From Camelus dromedarius (taxonomy: Eukaryota): a DNA stretch of 64,000 nt. Below, piece after piece: positions 11,616 to 22,689 of the stretch (within the stretch, counting starts at the first letter, position 1; every line of letters starts with the position of its first letter). Location: assembly GCF_036321535.1 (NCBI RefSeq), contig NC_087436.1:97094001-97158000 (forward strand). The letters run 5' to 3'. The notes below the pieces were generated by a model, which made no database searches, was not told where the DNA came from, and was given only the letters and a program-made list of their open reading frames with translations. The translations under genes and the position numbers were made by a program.

Positions 11616-12420
11616 ATTTTGAATATTCACCATGTGGCAGACACTGCTAAAATCTTTATGTGCATTATGTCATTTCATTGTCACAAACTCCCTGTTATTA
11701 TTCCCATTTTACAGAGGATTACTTAATGAGTTTCTTGCATGGGCAGGCTGTGATGTACTATTACATCATTCTCATTAAATTGAGAACTATGTTTCCCAGA
11801 ATCCCCTCACCTAGATGGTCCCCCTACCTATAGAGGTAGCCAAAAGAAGCACTTGCAAGAGGTTTGAAAATTGGAAGTGATGCAGCAGACATTATTCTTT
11901 GAAAGTTGTTTTGCAGCCAGATGAGATGATGGGCAGATGAAGCTGTGATCAGTGGGTTCCAGTGTGTCTTAGTTCTCCCCTTCTCTGCCAGTTGGTCTTG
12001 TAGCTTACCGGCCCTGAAGATCAACAGTGGCCTCATGTATACTCCTAAACACTTGGCTGTGGACCCAGAGCTCGTTGGTCTCCACAGAAAGAACAACTCT
12101 CCATGGAGAGAAAGCTCCCCATGGAATACCCTTTTATGGTTCTAATTTAGCAACAGGATGTACTTGGCTTCTCAGATTGGCTGCTTGCTAACTTCTCTGA
12201 TGTTCTAAATGCTGCCTTCCAGATTTTCACTTCCTCAGCTCCTCCCACATTTGTAAAGTCTGTTTCTTATAATAAATTCCTTTTCTCAGAACACATAGTG
12301 ACTCTCCTCCCCTGCCTGAACCCTGACTGATAAAGTAAGTGCAATAAACATCTGTTGAATGAATGGGCAAGTTAGCCTAGAACAGGGATTGAGATCTACA
12401 CAGCCAGGCTTCAGAGTCCA
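11616..12420. mobile_element. MIR relic split by an ERVL-type LTR (~11750-12330), plus an L2 tail
   Basis: MIR text at 11616-11720 (cccattttacagagg) resuming at ~12375-12420; LTR-like end aataaattcc...ccctgactgata. Confidence 0.5.
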
Positions 12421-12952
12421 ATATTGAGCCTGTGTTTGGATTAGAGCAAGCATAATCCATTTGTTTCAAGTACCAAATATACAGAAGAAAGTGTGACCAG
12501 AAGTTATTGAGATTAAAGTAACTCCTTTGTAGTTTAAAGTTCCTCACTTGCAGTTTTCCAAGTGGTTTAACAGTTTCTGCCACATGGTGAATATTCAAAA
12601 AGTGATTATTACTATATATTAAATAGATAAACATCCTACAGTTATACAATGTGTGATATATGGAGCAAAAATTTTATTCAAAAAATTAAATAAGTATGAA
12701 CACCTATAGATGTATCTGGTTGGGACCCCAGAATTTTGAGTTCTAAAAAGCAGAGGATAACACTTTAGTCAAGAAAATTTTAAGAGCAGGCATTATCACT
12801 CAAGCCCCTAATATTAAATGATTTCTAATGTGTGTAAAATTGCCCATAATATATATTTTCATGACACTGAATGGTGCAAATTTAATATTACTACCTCAGT
12901 ATATAAAATTGAATGTCAAAAATATCTTTCAAAAATTATGGCTTTGCCATAA
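12420..12952 (+). pseudogene. H: Paramyxovirus-like attachment protein (H/G), C-terminal part
   Basis: WDPRILSSKKQRITL at 12721-12765 (Nipah G ENPVFTVFKDNEILY). KIAHNIYFHDTEWC at 12836-12877 (KTITNCFLLKNKIWC). Stop at 12950-12952, about 25 aa later, as expected for the C-terminus. Left boundary is uncertain. Confidence 0.6.
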
Positions 12953-13119
12953 TTTATATAAAACTTTTTTTCTGAGAGTAATTTTACAAGACATTTTCTA
13001 TCTTTTATGCTTTTCCACTTTAATTTTGAACAATAGAGAATCAAATAAGGAAAAAGTGTCACCAAATGGTGCTGTCACATCAATCTGGGAAAAAAAAATA
13101 TAGGGCCATAATTAGTCGT

Positions 13120-13692
13120 ACACAGTTCTTTTCTGTCCTTCTCTGTTTAGCTATTGTGGTTTTGCCCCAAATGTATTCTTCCTTATGCTTCTGTATGGTA
13201 CAGCTTTACCGGCTGTTGTCCTATTTGGTTCTGCCAATAGGGGTCACTAGAGGGGATGGCGGATAGGGTGGGAAGGGCATAGAGGACCTCCCTCTCTTTC
13301 TTGTTTTTTTCTTAGCACTGCCTGGAAGCAGTAATCCAGAGCCAAAGTGACTGTTTCTTCCCACTCCTTTTGGTACTTCCAGAATATCTCATCACATGCC
13401 TTAGAGAAACCAGCACCAGCCAAGGGGGACTCCCTGTCAGAGGTCTGAGCCTCCACTCTATGAGGCCCCCACCTCTAAGCTGCTACTCTGGCAACTTCCA
13501 TCTTTTCCCTTTGGGTCCCAGAGCCCTTGGGGCACGTGAGTTGCTTGTCCTCATTAGCTCTGGGTTTGCCCAGTGTTCTGTTTTAGCTCTCAAGGTCTCC
13601 AAAGCTTACACCACCATTCCTTATATTAAGTCTTCCTTGTTGAAACTCTTGATGTGAATTCTCTTTTTCTCATTGCACTCTGTCTGATACAG
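13120..13692 (-). mobile_element. Old ERVL-type LTR (LTR33/LTR16-like)
   Basis: LTR-like GC-richer block ending ctgtctgataca; it separates two viral segments. Confidence 0.5.
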
Positions 13693-13699
13693 TCACTGT

Positions 13700-14520
13700 T
13701 ATATGGCTTCTAGCAAGTAAAGGGGGGCTAGATTTTCTTCCTTGCCTTTTTCATCCCCTCAATTATTTATGAGTGTTTCTAAGGTATGTTGTAAATTTCC
13801 TCAAGAAATGTCCTATCAGCTACCATGGGCATCTGCAGTTTTTCTCTTCTTCCTGGTTCCTAATGATGTCTGCTGCTAAGGCCTTGAAAGCTGTGAAACT
13901 TAGGTCCTGCTGATAGGCATCAAAGGTGAGGTCTTCCCTGAAGATCCAGATATGGGAAGCTACTCATTCTGCTGCTCAATCAGCTGTGCCCACCTCTTGA
14001 TCCAAAATTATCCCTCATAATATAGCCTCCACTCTCCAGGACTGCTTTCTTTAACATACATTACAAGTTACTTCTGTGTTGGGCTCAGTGTCTTTTATCA
14101 TGTAGGGAACAGCTCTCACTTTTACAGACTATTTTGTTGCAAGTCCTTCCCAACAGCAGAGGCCCGAGTCACGAGGCTCAGTTGCAGAGCAGTCTGTGTC
14201 ACTGATAGAAGGAACTGCTTAGAATTAGCCACGTTCCCACAGAGGGGAAGAGGTCCCACCCCCACCCCCGCCTGACTTCAACCAGAGTATCATCGGTTTT
14301 ATCTGTTTTATTTTCATTTCCTCTGAAGATTTCATTTGAACAGAGGAGCCTTCTGCTGCAAAAGATTTTCAAAACTGCCAGCATAGAACCTCCAGATGCA
14401 CCCAGACTTAACTAAATCCAGTGATGAAAATGCCTGTTTCCATCTAGGACCACTACCATAAATGAAAAAAATAGATGCGTGGCCTATGATTCTTAGGATT
14501 CAATATAAAATTTTCTCCCA
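13700..14520 (-). pseudogene. P/C: Paramyxovirus-like P gene, 5' part, with overlapping C ORF
   Basis: C frame: KIFCSRRLLCSNEIFRG from 14369 (Nipah C KIFCSAPVENLNKLRG), KALAADIIRNQEE at 13885-13847 (QALREGGVITHQEQ), and FLEEIYNIP* at 13808-13779 (C-terminal FLKKIGKLI*). Overlapping P frame: SFENLLQ (AWEDFLQ) and VVLDG...WI* (LVNDG...FIQ). Confidence 0.75.
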
Positions 14521-14549
14521 GGTTTTAGAACATTCAAAAAGCATAAATG

Positions 14550-15445
14550 TCTCCCTTATTTGTTGAAAATTTGTTGAAAAATACTGCTATATGTACATGA
14601 TCTGCAAGAAAACTCAAGGCCTGCATTCCTTGAAACTGTGTTTGTGGGACCCATGAACTTACTAGAAAAAATGTAGTTACACTTCGTGCTTTAGAGGCTC
14701 CAGAGTATGAGAACTGCCATCGATTAAAAAGATCATATAAATCAGAAGCCCTGGATTTCACTAGTCAAACAAAAGAAAATTAAGAAAGGTGTTGAGCTTC
14801 AGAAATCTCTAAGAAAACAGTGTATTTTACATTCATATGCATTAGTTCCAAGGAGTAAACGAAAATTGCATATAAAATGGATTTGAAAGCTGTAAAGTAC
14901 TAACACAAGTAAGGTGTAGACATTTGCAATGCTCTTCTCAATAAAAGTGAATTCTTGGGAAAACATCTGAAAAGGTAAAAAAGAAAAGAAAGGGAAATGA
15001 AAATACAAAAATTTAAAAGAAATCAGAACTCTGTGTAGGTGGAAGTCATATGAAAACTGGATTTTGAAAAACTGGCTTATTTCTGTCAAAGTGATAAATT
15101 CACTAAATGTTAGTGTTTATTAGTTAAAACAAACAAAATGCAGGAAAATATTAGTCTTCAAACGCTAAGCCAACTACTCATATTTGCAATAATTTCGGTG
15201 TGGTTCCATCGATTTTTCATGTATTTTTTTCCAAAGGAAAATGATTCTTAACAGACATTTCTATAGAATTTTTGGTTGTGTCCTACCCTCATGTATTTTG
15301 GAATGGATTGCTCTAATGTAGATTTTTCTCTCATTTGGTGTCCAAGTTAATCTCAGAGGTAGCTTGATGGCTTTCACATATGTGTTTATTTAGAATAAAT
15401 ATACTTTATTGCTTATGACGTGATTTTTAATTGGTGAATAACACT
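14550..15445 (+). pseudogene. P/V: Paramyxovirus-like P gene, 3' part (editing site/V region, oligomerisation domain, XD)
   Basis: ATTAAAAAGATCATA at 14723 (editing site ATTAAAAAGGGCACA). SEISKKTVYFTFIC (measles V SKVTLGTIRARCTC). MDLK..ALLNKSEFL at 14877-14957. LKNWLISVKVINS at 15064-15102 (end of the coiled coil). LRGSLMAF at 15352 (XD, Nipah LRSELIGY). Lies directly upstream of M, as in the genome order. Confidence 0.6.
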
Positions 15446-15555
15446 TTACTCATATTTAGTTTTCTTATTTATAATCCATTTAATCCAGTAGGAATAAATG
15501 AGACTGTGAATAGCTTTAGTGACTACTCCTTGACCCTTGTAGACATGTATTATTC

Positions 15556-15900
15556 ATGGACTTTTCTGCATGAATTTAATGTTGATCTTTTATGCTTTAA
15601 CACAGTCTACATCTTAATAGCATTGTAGAGACATGGTGAGTATTTTTGACCTCTAGATTAATAAGACAATAATTTCCAATGAATTTACAATATTTTTGGA
15701 GTTGTTGGATGTATTTTCTGTCATGATAACAGAAAGATCAACTCTTTCCCATCCTTGTGAAGAATTTTTTTTGACTCAGACTTCATATCATTCCTTTCAA
15801 CTGGCCCTGCTAATTCATTTTCTAGCAGAAACGACTGCCTAATATAAATAATTCTAAGGTTAAAACACAATTTTTGAAGGGCTCTGTAATTAACTGGCTT
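15556..15900 (+). pseudogene. M: Paramyxovirus-like matrix protein M, N-terminal part
   Basis: MDFSA* at 15556 (measles YDFDKSAW). VSIFDL (VRVIDP). DNNFQ*IYNIFGVVG at 15665-15709 (DECFMYMFLLGVVE). SFP (SLP). RNDCLI* (RTAGLNE). Confidence 0.7.
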
Positions 15901-15909
15901 GTAGCTAAT

Positions 15910-16370
15910 GCCTCTGTGACAAAAACTGTTGGTATTCCCCAAGTAGGCATTCTCCCCTTATTGTTTTAATAGTAGTAACTAGAATTTTAAGTAATCACAT
16001 GGATGCCCAGAATAAAGATTTCATTTCTCAGCCTCCCTTGGAGCTAAGTATAGCCATTTAGTTAACTTCTAGTCCATAGGATATGAGTAAAGTAATGGAC
16101 AACTTCTAGGTCTGGCCTATAAATGGGTACATTGTGAACTTTCTTCTTCTTCCCTGCCCACCAGCTGGGATGTGGATGTGATGGTGAGTGCTATAGCAGC
16201 CATCTTCAGCCACAATATATGTATTCTACATGTTGATAAAGATGGAAAGTGCTTTATCCAGTTCTGAGCTACTTTTATGTGAACTGAGAGGAATAAGCTT
16301 CTATCTTATTTAGTCGACTGTTATTTTGGTCTTTGTTACCACATCCAAACAAGTATTCTAACTAATAAAG
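15910..16370 (-). mobile_element. MLT1 (MaLR) LTR
   Basis: Typical MLT1 text: catttctcagcctcccttggagctaag..., gcagccatctt..., ttttggtctttgttac...ctaactaata. Confidence 0.75.
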
Positions 16371-17176
16371 CCCCAATTACATAAAAATCCTGTACTGGGC
16401 TATTGAATATAGGGGGTAATTCTGGCTCAACTATTTATTACCAATATAAATTTGAGCAAATTACTTAAAGTCTCTTATCCTCAGGTTCCCTTCCCTTCTA
16501 TACAATGTGGGTCCCTATGAGGATTAACATCCACATAAGTGCTCAGTTCTGTACTTTGACACAAAGTAAGCCTTCAAAAATGTTACCTAGTCTTATTATT
16601 AGAGCACTATGTCTATCCATTCTGTTGTATGTATGTATTTTTAGCATATGACTATTTCAAGAGTTTCTCTGGAAGATATGTCACAAGTTAAACTAATTAA
16701 ATTAGTGATATGTCATAAGTACACTTCAGTGAGATCTTTCAGAGTTTATATCAGCATTTGTTACCATCCACTCACAAATTTTCAGTTAGATTTTTTTCTG
16801 TCATCTAGAACTTAGTGATCTTTATTACTTTTTGGTTGTTAGTTGAATCGGATTCTAGAATTGATTTTTAAGTAAAAACCCTAAACTTTATCCATAGGGA
16901 CAGCTTTCATTTCCATGAAAAAGTAGACAAACCTCCTATTGAGGCCCATATCCTAGAGGCTCTGTAATTTTCATTCAAGTTTGTCAACCCTCTTTCCAGC
17001 TTGAAGTCTATGGACTTGGATCAGATGTCTAGAATAAATGCATGCTGGTAAAATTTTAAAGATTTTGTCTTTCTAGCATAGCCATCAAAACTCTCAATAG
17101 CTCTACTGCAAGAAGTAATAATCAGTAATCTTTGAGCAGTACCTATAGGACATGGGGTTCCCTAATTCCACTGGAT

Positions 17177-17450
17177 CAGCTTAGTTCTGAAAGTGGTTCC
17201 ATAAACAACTAAGGTGTTGCACAAAAAGAGTTTCCTGATCAAATTAATTTAGGAAATGCTAAATTAAGCAAGGTTAAAAAGGTTTTTTTCCTGCAGGACT
17301 CCCATGAAGACTTTAATATGATAATGTATGTCATCAGTGTCTAGGCGAGAGTATGACTGAAGCCCAGACTTACTTGATCAAGTAGCTCTTGTTTTCACAA
17401 AGCATTATACAGACCTTTTATGAAGCCCTAGTTTGGAAGTGCTAATGCTA
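17177..17450. mobile_element. Old hAT/MER-type DNA transposon relic inside N
   Basis: Ends resemble MER5-like termini (cag..ttctgaaagtg / agtttggaagtgct). Removing it restores the expected N amino-acid spacing. Confidence 0.55.
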
Positions 17451-18272
17451 CCATTGGCTCATACAGGCCTTGGGAAAACTGAATGGGTTGTCTGTTGGCA
17501 TAACCATCCCATCAGATTAAACTGTTGCTCAAACGTTTTCTTGTACCTATACTTTGCTTCTTTAACCCCTTTAGATTCTATGCATTAAAATGATGACTAT
17601 TTCCAGGGCCTGTCCTCAGGCCTGATTTCAACTTTCTCTTTCAACATTGATTCGTGCCACTGAGATCCCTGTAGGCCTAATAGCCAAGGACTTTTTTTTT
17701 TTTTTTTCAGGACTTCAGTATTCTGTCTGCGTATAAAGAAAATCCACTTGCTCTGAACTCATCATGTTACTGAAGTGGCTTGTGGATGACCTGCCTGGTA
17801 CTTTTATTGACTGAACCCATTTTTTTTCCACAAGTTATCATGAGTAGTAAGACTATCTGCAATGTTCAGAGATGTCACAGGGAACCTCAAAACTGGAATT
17901 CAAAATTCATAACATCCCGAAATCATAACTAAATAGACTATAAATTTCATTAACCATCAGAGGAAATTTGAATCAGGACACTGTTGACTGTATTAGTGGC
18001 ACAGTATGCAAGAAGTTGTGTGAGGGAGTGGGTGGACTCCTTTGAAGACTTGGGTTGTTATTGTTTTGTATTGTTTAATCAGACGATTGCAGTCATGTTT
18101 AGGCCTGTCTCTAAGACACACCTCGCTCAATGAAAGATTTCCATCAATAACACAGAGATGAAAGCTGCCATTGAAGTCTGTTATCTGGGCAAACCTTTGG
18201 CTAAGGATGCAAGAATCCATTTTAATAGCTTCACATCAGTCACTACTTAAGCTAATAACACTCTGGACCCAA

Positions 18273-18520
18273 GGGGAGGTGGCCTGATGTAGTAATTAGT
18301 GAGCGAGGCCCACGTATCTGACAGTGGTGCTAAGCTTGATTTCCAGCTCTACCATTTACAGGGTGTGTAACCTGAGAAAGTTGCTTCAACTCTTAAACTT
18401 TTAAGTACCCTCATCTATAAAATGAGGCTAATAATGGAATTTAATTCATAGAGTTGGTATGAGGATTAAGAAGGATAGTTTACGTACTGAGCTTACCTGT
18501 GGGTCATTAATAAATATGAC
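18273..18520 (+). mobile_element. MIR inserted in the N coding relic
   Basis: MIR core ctcatctataaaatgaggctaataat...catagagttg...tgaggattaa. Confidence 0.85.
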
Positions 18521-18693
18521 CCCAATGTTAATACATAGATTTAGTATTTCACATGACCACACATGCACGCACTCCTGCAGAAATGAAAGCCCTCAGCCTT
18601 GTTGATGTAGTGGCGTGGGCTTTTGGTCATTTGTGTCTATCAGATGGTATACTTGGCCACAGGCTCTTGTCTATTATTCTTAGTTACGTTAGC

Positions 18694-19430
18694 TGTAAGA
18701 TGTAAATTAGTTTGAGTTTCAGCTTTGGAGAAGTAAATGCTGGTGGTGGATCTGGAACCTAGCTGAAGGCTGTGGAGCATCTGAGAGAAGTCTGAAGTAG
18801 ATGATCAGTCTGTTCAAAGAAAGAAACTTAATGTACCCAAAAGGGGCTGAGGATGGTTGTCCAAAGCTGCTGGCTGAGAGGAAGAATTTCTAACATCTCA
18901 GGAGCAGCAGGTAGAGACCAGACTCCAGCAGTGGTTAGGCGGTGAGGAGGGGAGGAGGGATGGCCTTGGGGAGAACTAGCAGGGAAAGAGCTAGAAAATT
19001 ACAGCTGCACCTCCCATTCAAGAGACTGCCCTTCCTCTCAATCTCCTCTTCCCATTGATGTGACCCTTGAGGGGTCTGATGCAGCAGCTAGTGAAATGAG
19101 GAGGGAAAAGTCTACCCCTTCACTCCTCTCCAGCACCCCAAGGAAAGCTTCCAGACCTGAAGCAGGCTTGTGGGAAAGGGAGTGGTGACTAAGGACAGTA
19201 TGTTTTATGCTGAACAAACAACACTGGCATTAGTCTGTTACTCTAGATCAGCCTGGACATTTTTATTACATATACTAAACTGTTCTCATCGTTGACAATT
19301 CATTCATTCAAGGGCAGGAGTTAGAGTAAGTCCAAAAGCACAGTTTGGACGGGGCAATAGAAAAAAGACTAAAGTTCTTTACATTTAATTGTTCCCTATT
19401 GAATTCAGCTTGTTCAACAAAACATTTAAC
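18694..19430 (+). mobile_element. Ancient LTR-like element (MamGyp-like) at the N/M boundary
   Basis: Starts tgtaagatgtaaattagtttgagtttcagc; purine-rich LTR-like body. Family call is tentative. Confidence 0.45.
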
Positions 19431-19449
19431 TATCTGATGATTGTATAAC

Positions 19450-20050
19450 TGTTTTGCTTTTTATTTAAAAGTACACTCTGCATTTATGAAGATAATCTAA
19501 TGAATTAAATCGGTGTCTTTTTTTAATATTACTTTTGTAAAAATTGTTCCTACCCAGGGCATAAAGGCAAGTAACTGCTTCCAGTGCTATTTTATTTTCT
19601 TGTTTTTCTGAAGATGAATGGAAAAAAAAAAAACCTTCCTTTTTTAGTGTCCTGGTAACTGGAATGAAAAAGCCAAGCATTCATGGCTGAATGAATGCAT
19701 AAGCAGTTGTTCCTTTACAAGTGGAAGAAAGAAAAGTTCAGTCAAGCATGACTGCCATGGTCTCCTTAATATGCTTGCAAAACGGACTGGGCAGACATCA
19801 TGTATTCCGACTGCTAAACCAGACCAGAGTTGCAGTAGTGTGGGTACGAGTGTTTCCACAGGAAAAAATACAAAACCATTACACAGGATGCTACAGAAGC
19901 CATGTGGAGTGAAGGAAATGCAAACTTGAGAGTTGGGTCTTTGAAGGTCTGTGCACCTGCTGTTCAGCATAACTGAGAGGGTATGTCATCTTTCACACAT
20001 AGAAAATGATCAAATGGCAGATAGATATCTATTCTTTAAACGTGTTTTAA
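19450..20050 (+). pseudogene. M: Paramyxovirus-like matrix protein M, C-terminal part
   Basis: GTSVSTGKNTKPLHRML at 19843-19893 (measles GTSLHIRSTGKMSKTLHAQL). MWSEGNANLRV..APAV (LWRSRCKIVRI..QPSV). RVCHLSHIENDQ at 19978-20013 (RIYDDVIINDDQ). Confidence 0.88.
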
Positions 20051-20059
20051 AGAAACTGA

Positions 20060-22620
20060 GAACACTACCTTTTCAGACAAACAGGATATATGGACGTTTG
20101 TTTCCTAAAGTAAGAACAACAGACACTGACGGCACAAAAGTCATCAATAGCCACTGTACATACTGCACATGAGGTCAGTGGTGAATGAGCTTTTAACCAT
20201 GTGTCCTTGTCGGCCACCCTTAGAGACAGAGAGAGTAACTTGGTTAGCATCTTCACTGTCAGATCTACCAACACTTTTTCATGAAGTGCTGGGACATTCT
20301 TAACCTCTGTTCCCCTTCTGCCGATCTGTTTTTAATTACCTGGTTTGGGGGGGGGGTTATTAAATCTGTTTATATAATACAAAAGAGGCACTTTGTAGTT
20401 AAAAAACTAAATTTTCCCTAACATTAGAATCCAGTAGAAACTGGAAGGATGAATTGATCCGATTGTCCATTTTATTTCCTTAAGTGCAGAGATACCAAAT
20501 TATAAGTATCAAATAATTTTTATAAATCCCTCAAAAAGCTGTGAATTAGTCATATCTATTATTTGTAAGTTATAGCCTACATATGGACATATACCCTGAA
20601 ATCTCTACAGATTAGACTGTGTACTTCTTTCGGAAGGGAATAGAAGATGGACTAGAAAAGTGATTAAAAGGTTGGTCTTGGGAGCCTCTAAATGTGCCAT
20701 CAAATAATACATTTGCAATTTAACCTCTCTGTATCTCAGTTTATTCAGCTGACATATGGGCATAATAATACCTTCCAATACCTCCCATGAAGGGTTATTT
20801 TGAAAATTATGTAAGATAAGGAAATAATTATGTTTCCCCTGCGTCAACCTTTTTGATCTTCTTATCATCCTTCCAGTAAAATCCCCAAACCTAGCCATGG
20901 CCTGGACAGTGGTACGTAACGTACCTGCTGGTCCCTCCAACTTGGTCTTGTCCTGCTTTACACACTGTCTAGCCAAAAGACCTTCTTTCAGTTCCTCCAA
21001 AGTTCCTGATTTTTGCTGCCTCTGAGGTTTTAGAAATGTTCTTCTTTGCCTGGAACATACCTCAGTCCTCCCACACACACGCACAACACACGAGCTCACT
21101 CCCACTCAGCCCCTGCTTCTCAGTTTATACATCCTTGTAAAGAGGAATCTTCAGATTTACCCATCAAAAACCATTCCTTCCTTTTATTATTCTCTTGCAT
21201 AGAATTTTGTTCATTCATCCTACCTCATATGTTGGGGTACTTTGTGTGAAATGAATGAAAAGACAGAAATCAGGCAGACAGGAATCAAATATTACTTACA
21301 TTACCTTTTGACAACAGGCCAGGATCTGGAAGCTATGGATACGTTCATACCTCCCACAGGTTTTACAACTCGGAAGAGCAACACGGAGTTCTGACTCCCT
21401 GAGAGAGAGGGATTGAAAGGGCAGGGCTCTTGTGACCAGTTCCCCCTTACAAAAACACCAAGTAGGTAAGTTACCACCCAATCACAGGGCAGAGTGCCCC
21501 CTCTCTGAGGGAGAGGGGAGGGGGCAAAGAGAGGCCAGGAGGGTTAGACTCACTACACAAGAAGGAAAAATTGGGACTAGGGGAAAAGCATTTCCTACAT
21601 CCTCAATTAAAATGTGTTTGAACCATATTCAGTGACCATTTTTGAGGTTAAATATAGACAAATGTCAGCAAATTCACATAGTTTAAATAAAGTCATTCTT
21701 GTATGTATTCTATACACATGTACTATATAAATACAGTGTACACATCCATAAATATACTATGTAGTATATATTATCTGTACCTAAGTATGTGTATACTGTA
21801 CCTATAGATATACTGTACTGTATGTTTTATGTATAGATGAGTATGTATTCGTAATACTATACATATATCACATATACATCTGTGTGATTCATTGGGTAAT
21901 GGCCATCTCTGTTAGCATACTGTAACCTCCAAAAAGATAGTGACGTAGGTCTGCTTTGTTTACCTCTGCATGTCTGTGACTCATCACATCTTATAATAAA
22001 TACAAAAATTAGTTGAGTGAATAATAGCTGTAAGTGTTTAATATGTTATTGACTTATTTTAAGAACTCAGTAGATGATGACACTGGCTGATGCTTTTACT
22101 GATGAAACATTCTTAACGTGCTGGGTATTAACTTTTGATCTGGGCTATATATTTCTAAGACTTCACTTCAGAAATCCACAAGGTTGCCACAAGGGTCACT
22201 CGTATAGCTTGTCTTTGAGTGATCATGATTTCAGGCAACATCTCATGGTTGCAACTTCCACAATTCCTAAGCTATACCCAAGGAGAAGTAGAGTGAGGAG
22301 AGACTATGGCAAACTAGAAGGTGTATGTCCTGTCCCAAAAGGGTAGCCAGTTTTCCAACCTTTCAGATTTGCTTTGTAGGAATGTGAATTTAATGTTATT
22401 AGACATTTTGATTTTTCAAGAGATGCTGAAAATCCATATTTTAATGTAAAATCCTCTCAATTTGAGAAACTATTTAAAAATTGCTAAACTCTGTGTGGTC
22501 TGAAAGATTCTCGGACTTCATGCTACCCATAGCCACCTAGTTTGTGACCTCTGCTTTTGTGGCAGTTATGAGATTTTATTAATCCTTTTTTTGTTGTTGT
22601 TTTCCCTTTACCTTCTTACA
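20060..22620 (-). pseudogene. H: Paramyxovirus-like attachment protein (H/G), N-terminal half, interrupted by MIR, L2, LTR/MER and AT-rich repeats
   Basis: Type II anchor LLTLLLLGYSLGIVEVATMR ending at 22241 (measles IGLLAIAGIR). Stalk PRSKVNTQHV (PLFKIIGDEV) and VLKISQ*HIKHL at 22066-22031 (LVKFISDKIKFL). Head VCTVAIDDFCAVSVC at 20163-20119 (CDV VCTIAVGELTLASLC). Confidence 0.8.
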
Positions 22621-22689
22621 TGGATATTAGTCTGTGCTTTTTAAATTGGTTTTGTAAAGTTTAATTTCATTGTTTTATAAGGGATCTAC

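Larger units (their letters stand above)
16700..18695 (-). pseudogene. N: Paramyxovirus-like nucleoprotein N, interrupted by a MIR and a MER-type DNA transposon
   Basis: ATTSTRLRAFISA at 18614-18576 (Nipah ATLTTKIRIFVPA). LLKWILASLAK..AAFISVL at ~18228 (measles LLDRLVRLIG..GALIGIL). QF*..VTSLNIADS at 17878-17852 (QIW..VTAPDTAADS). KSLAIR..GQALEIV at 17615-17595 (QSLSVR..GRAVEII). ELGNPMSY[fs]VLLKD..YFLQ*SY at 17168-17097 (EIGPRAPYMVLLEE..YPLLWSY). RLQAGKRVD (RRSAGKV). Confidence 0.88.

Noticed and set aside
13779..13900. Minus-strand helix read as the P X-domain
   Set aside because: It matches the end of C better, including the stop position; an XD-like segment lies at ~15310-15440 (+), just before M.
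3200..20300. Decayed cellular gene or DTHD1 exons on the minus strand
   Set aside because: No DTHD1-like peptide was recognised and there is no consistent exon chain; the coding-like texture is explained by the viral segments.
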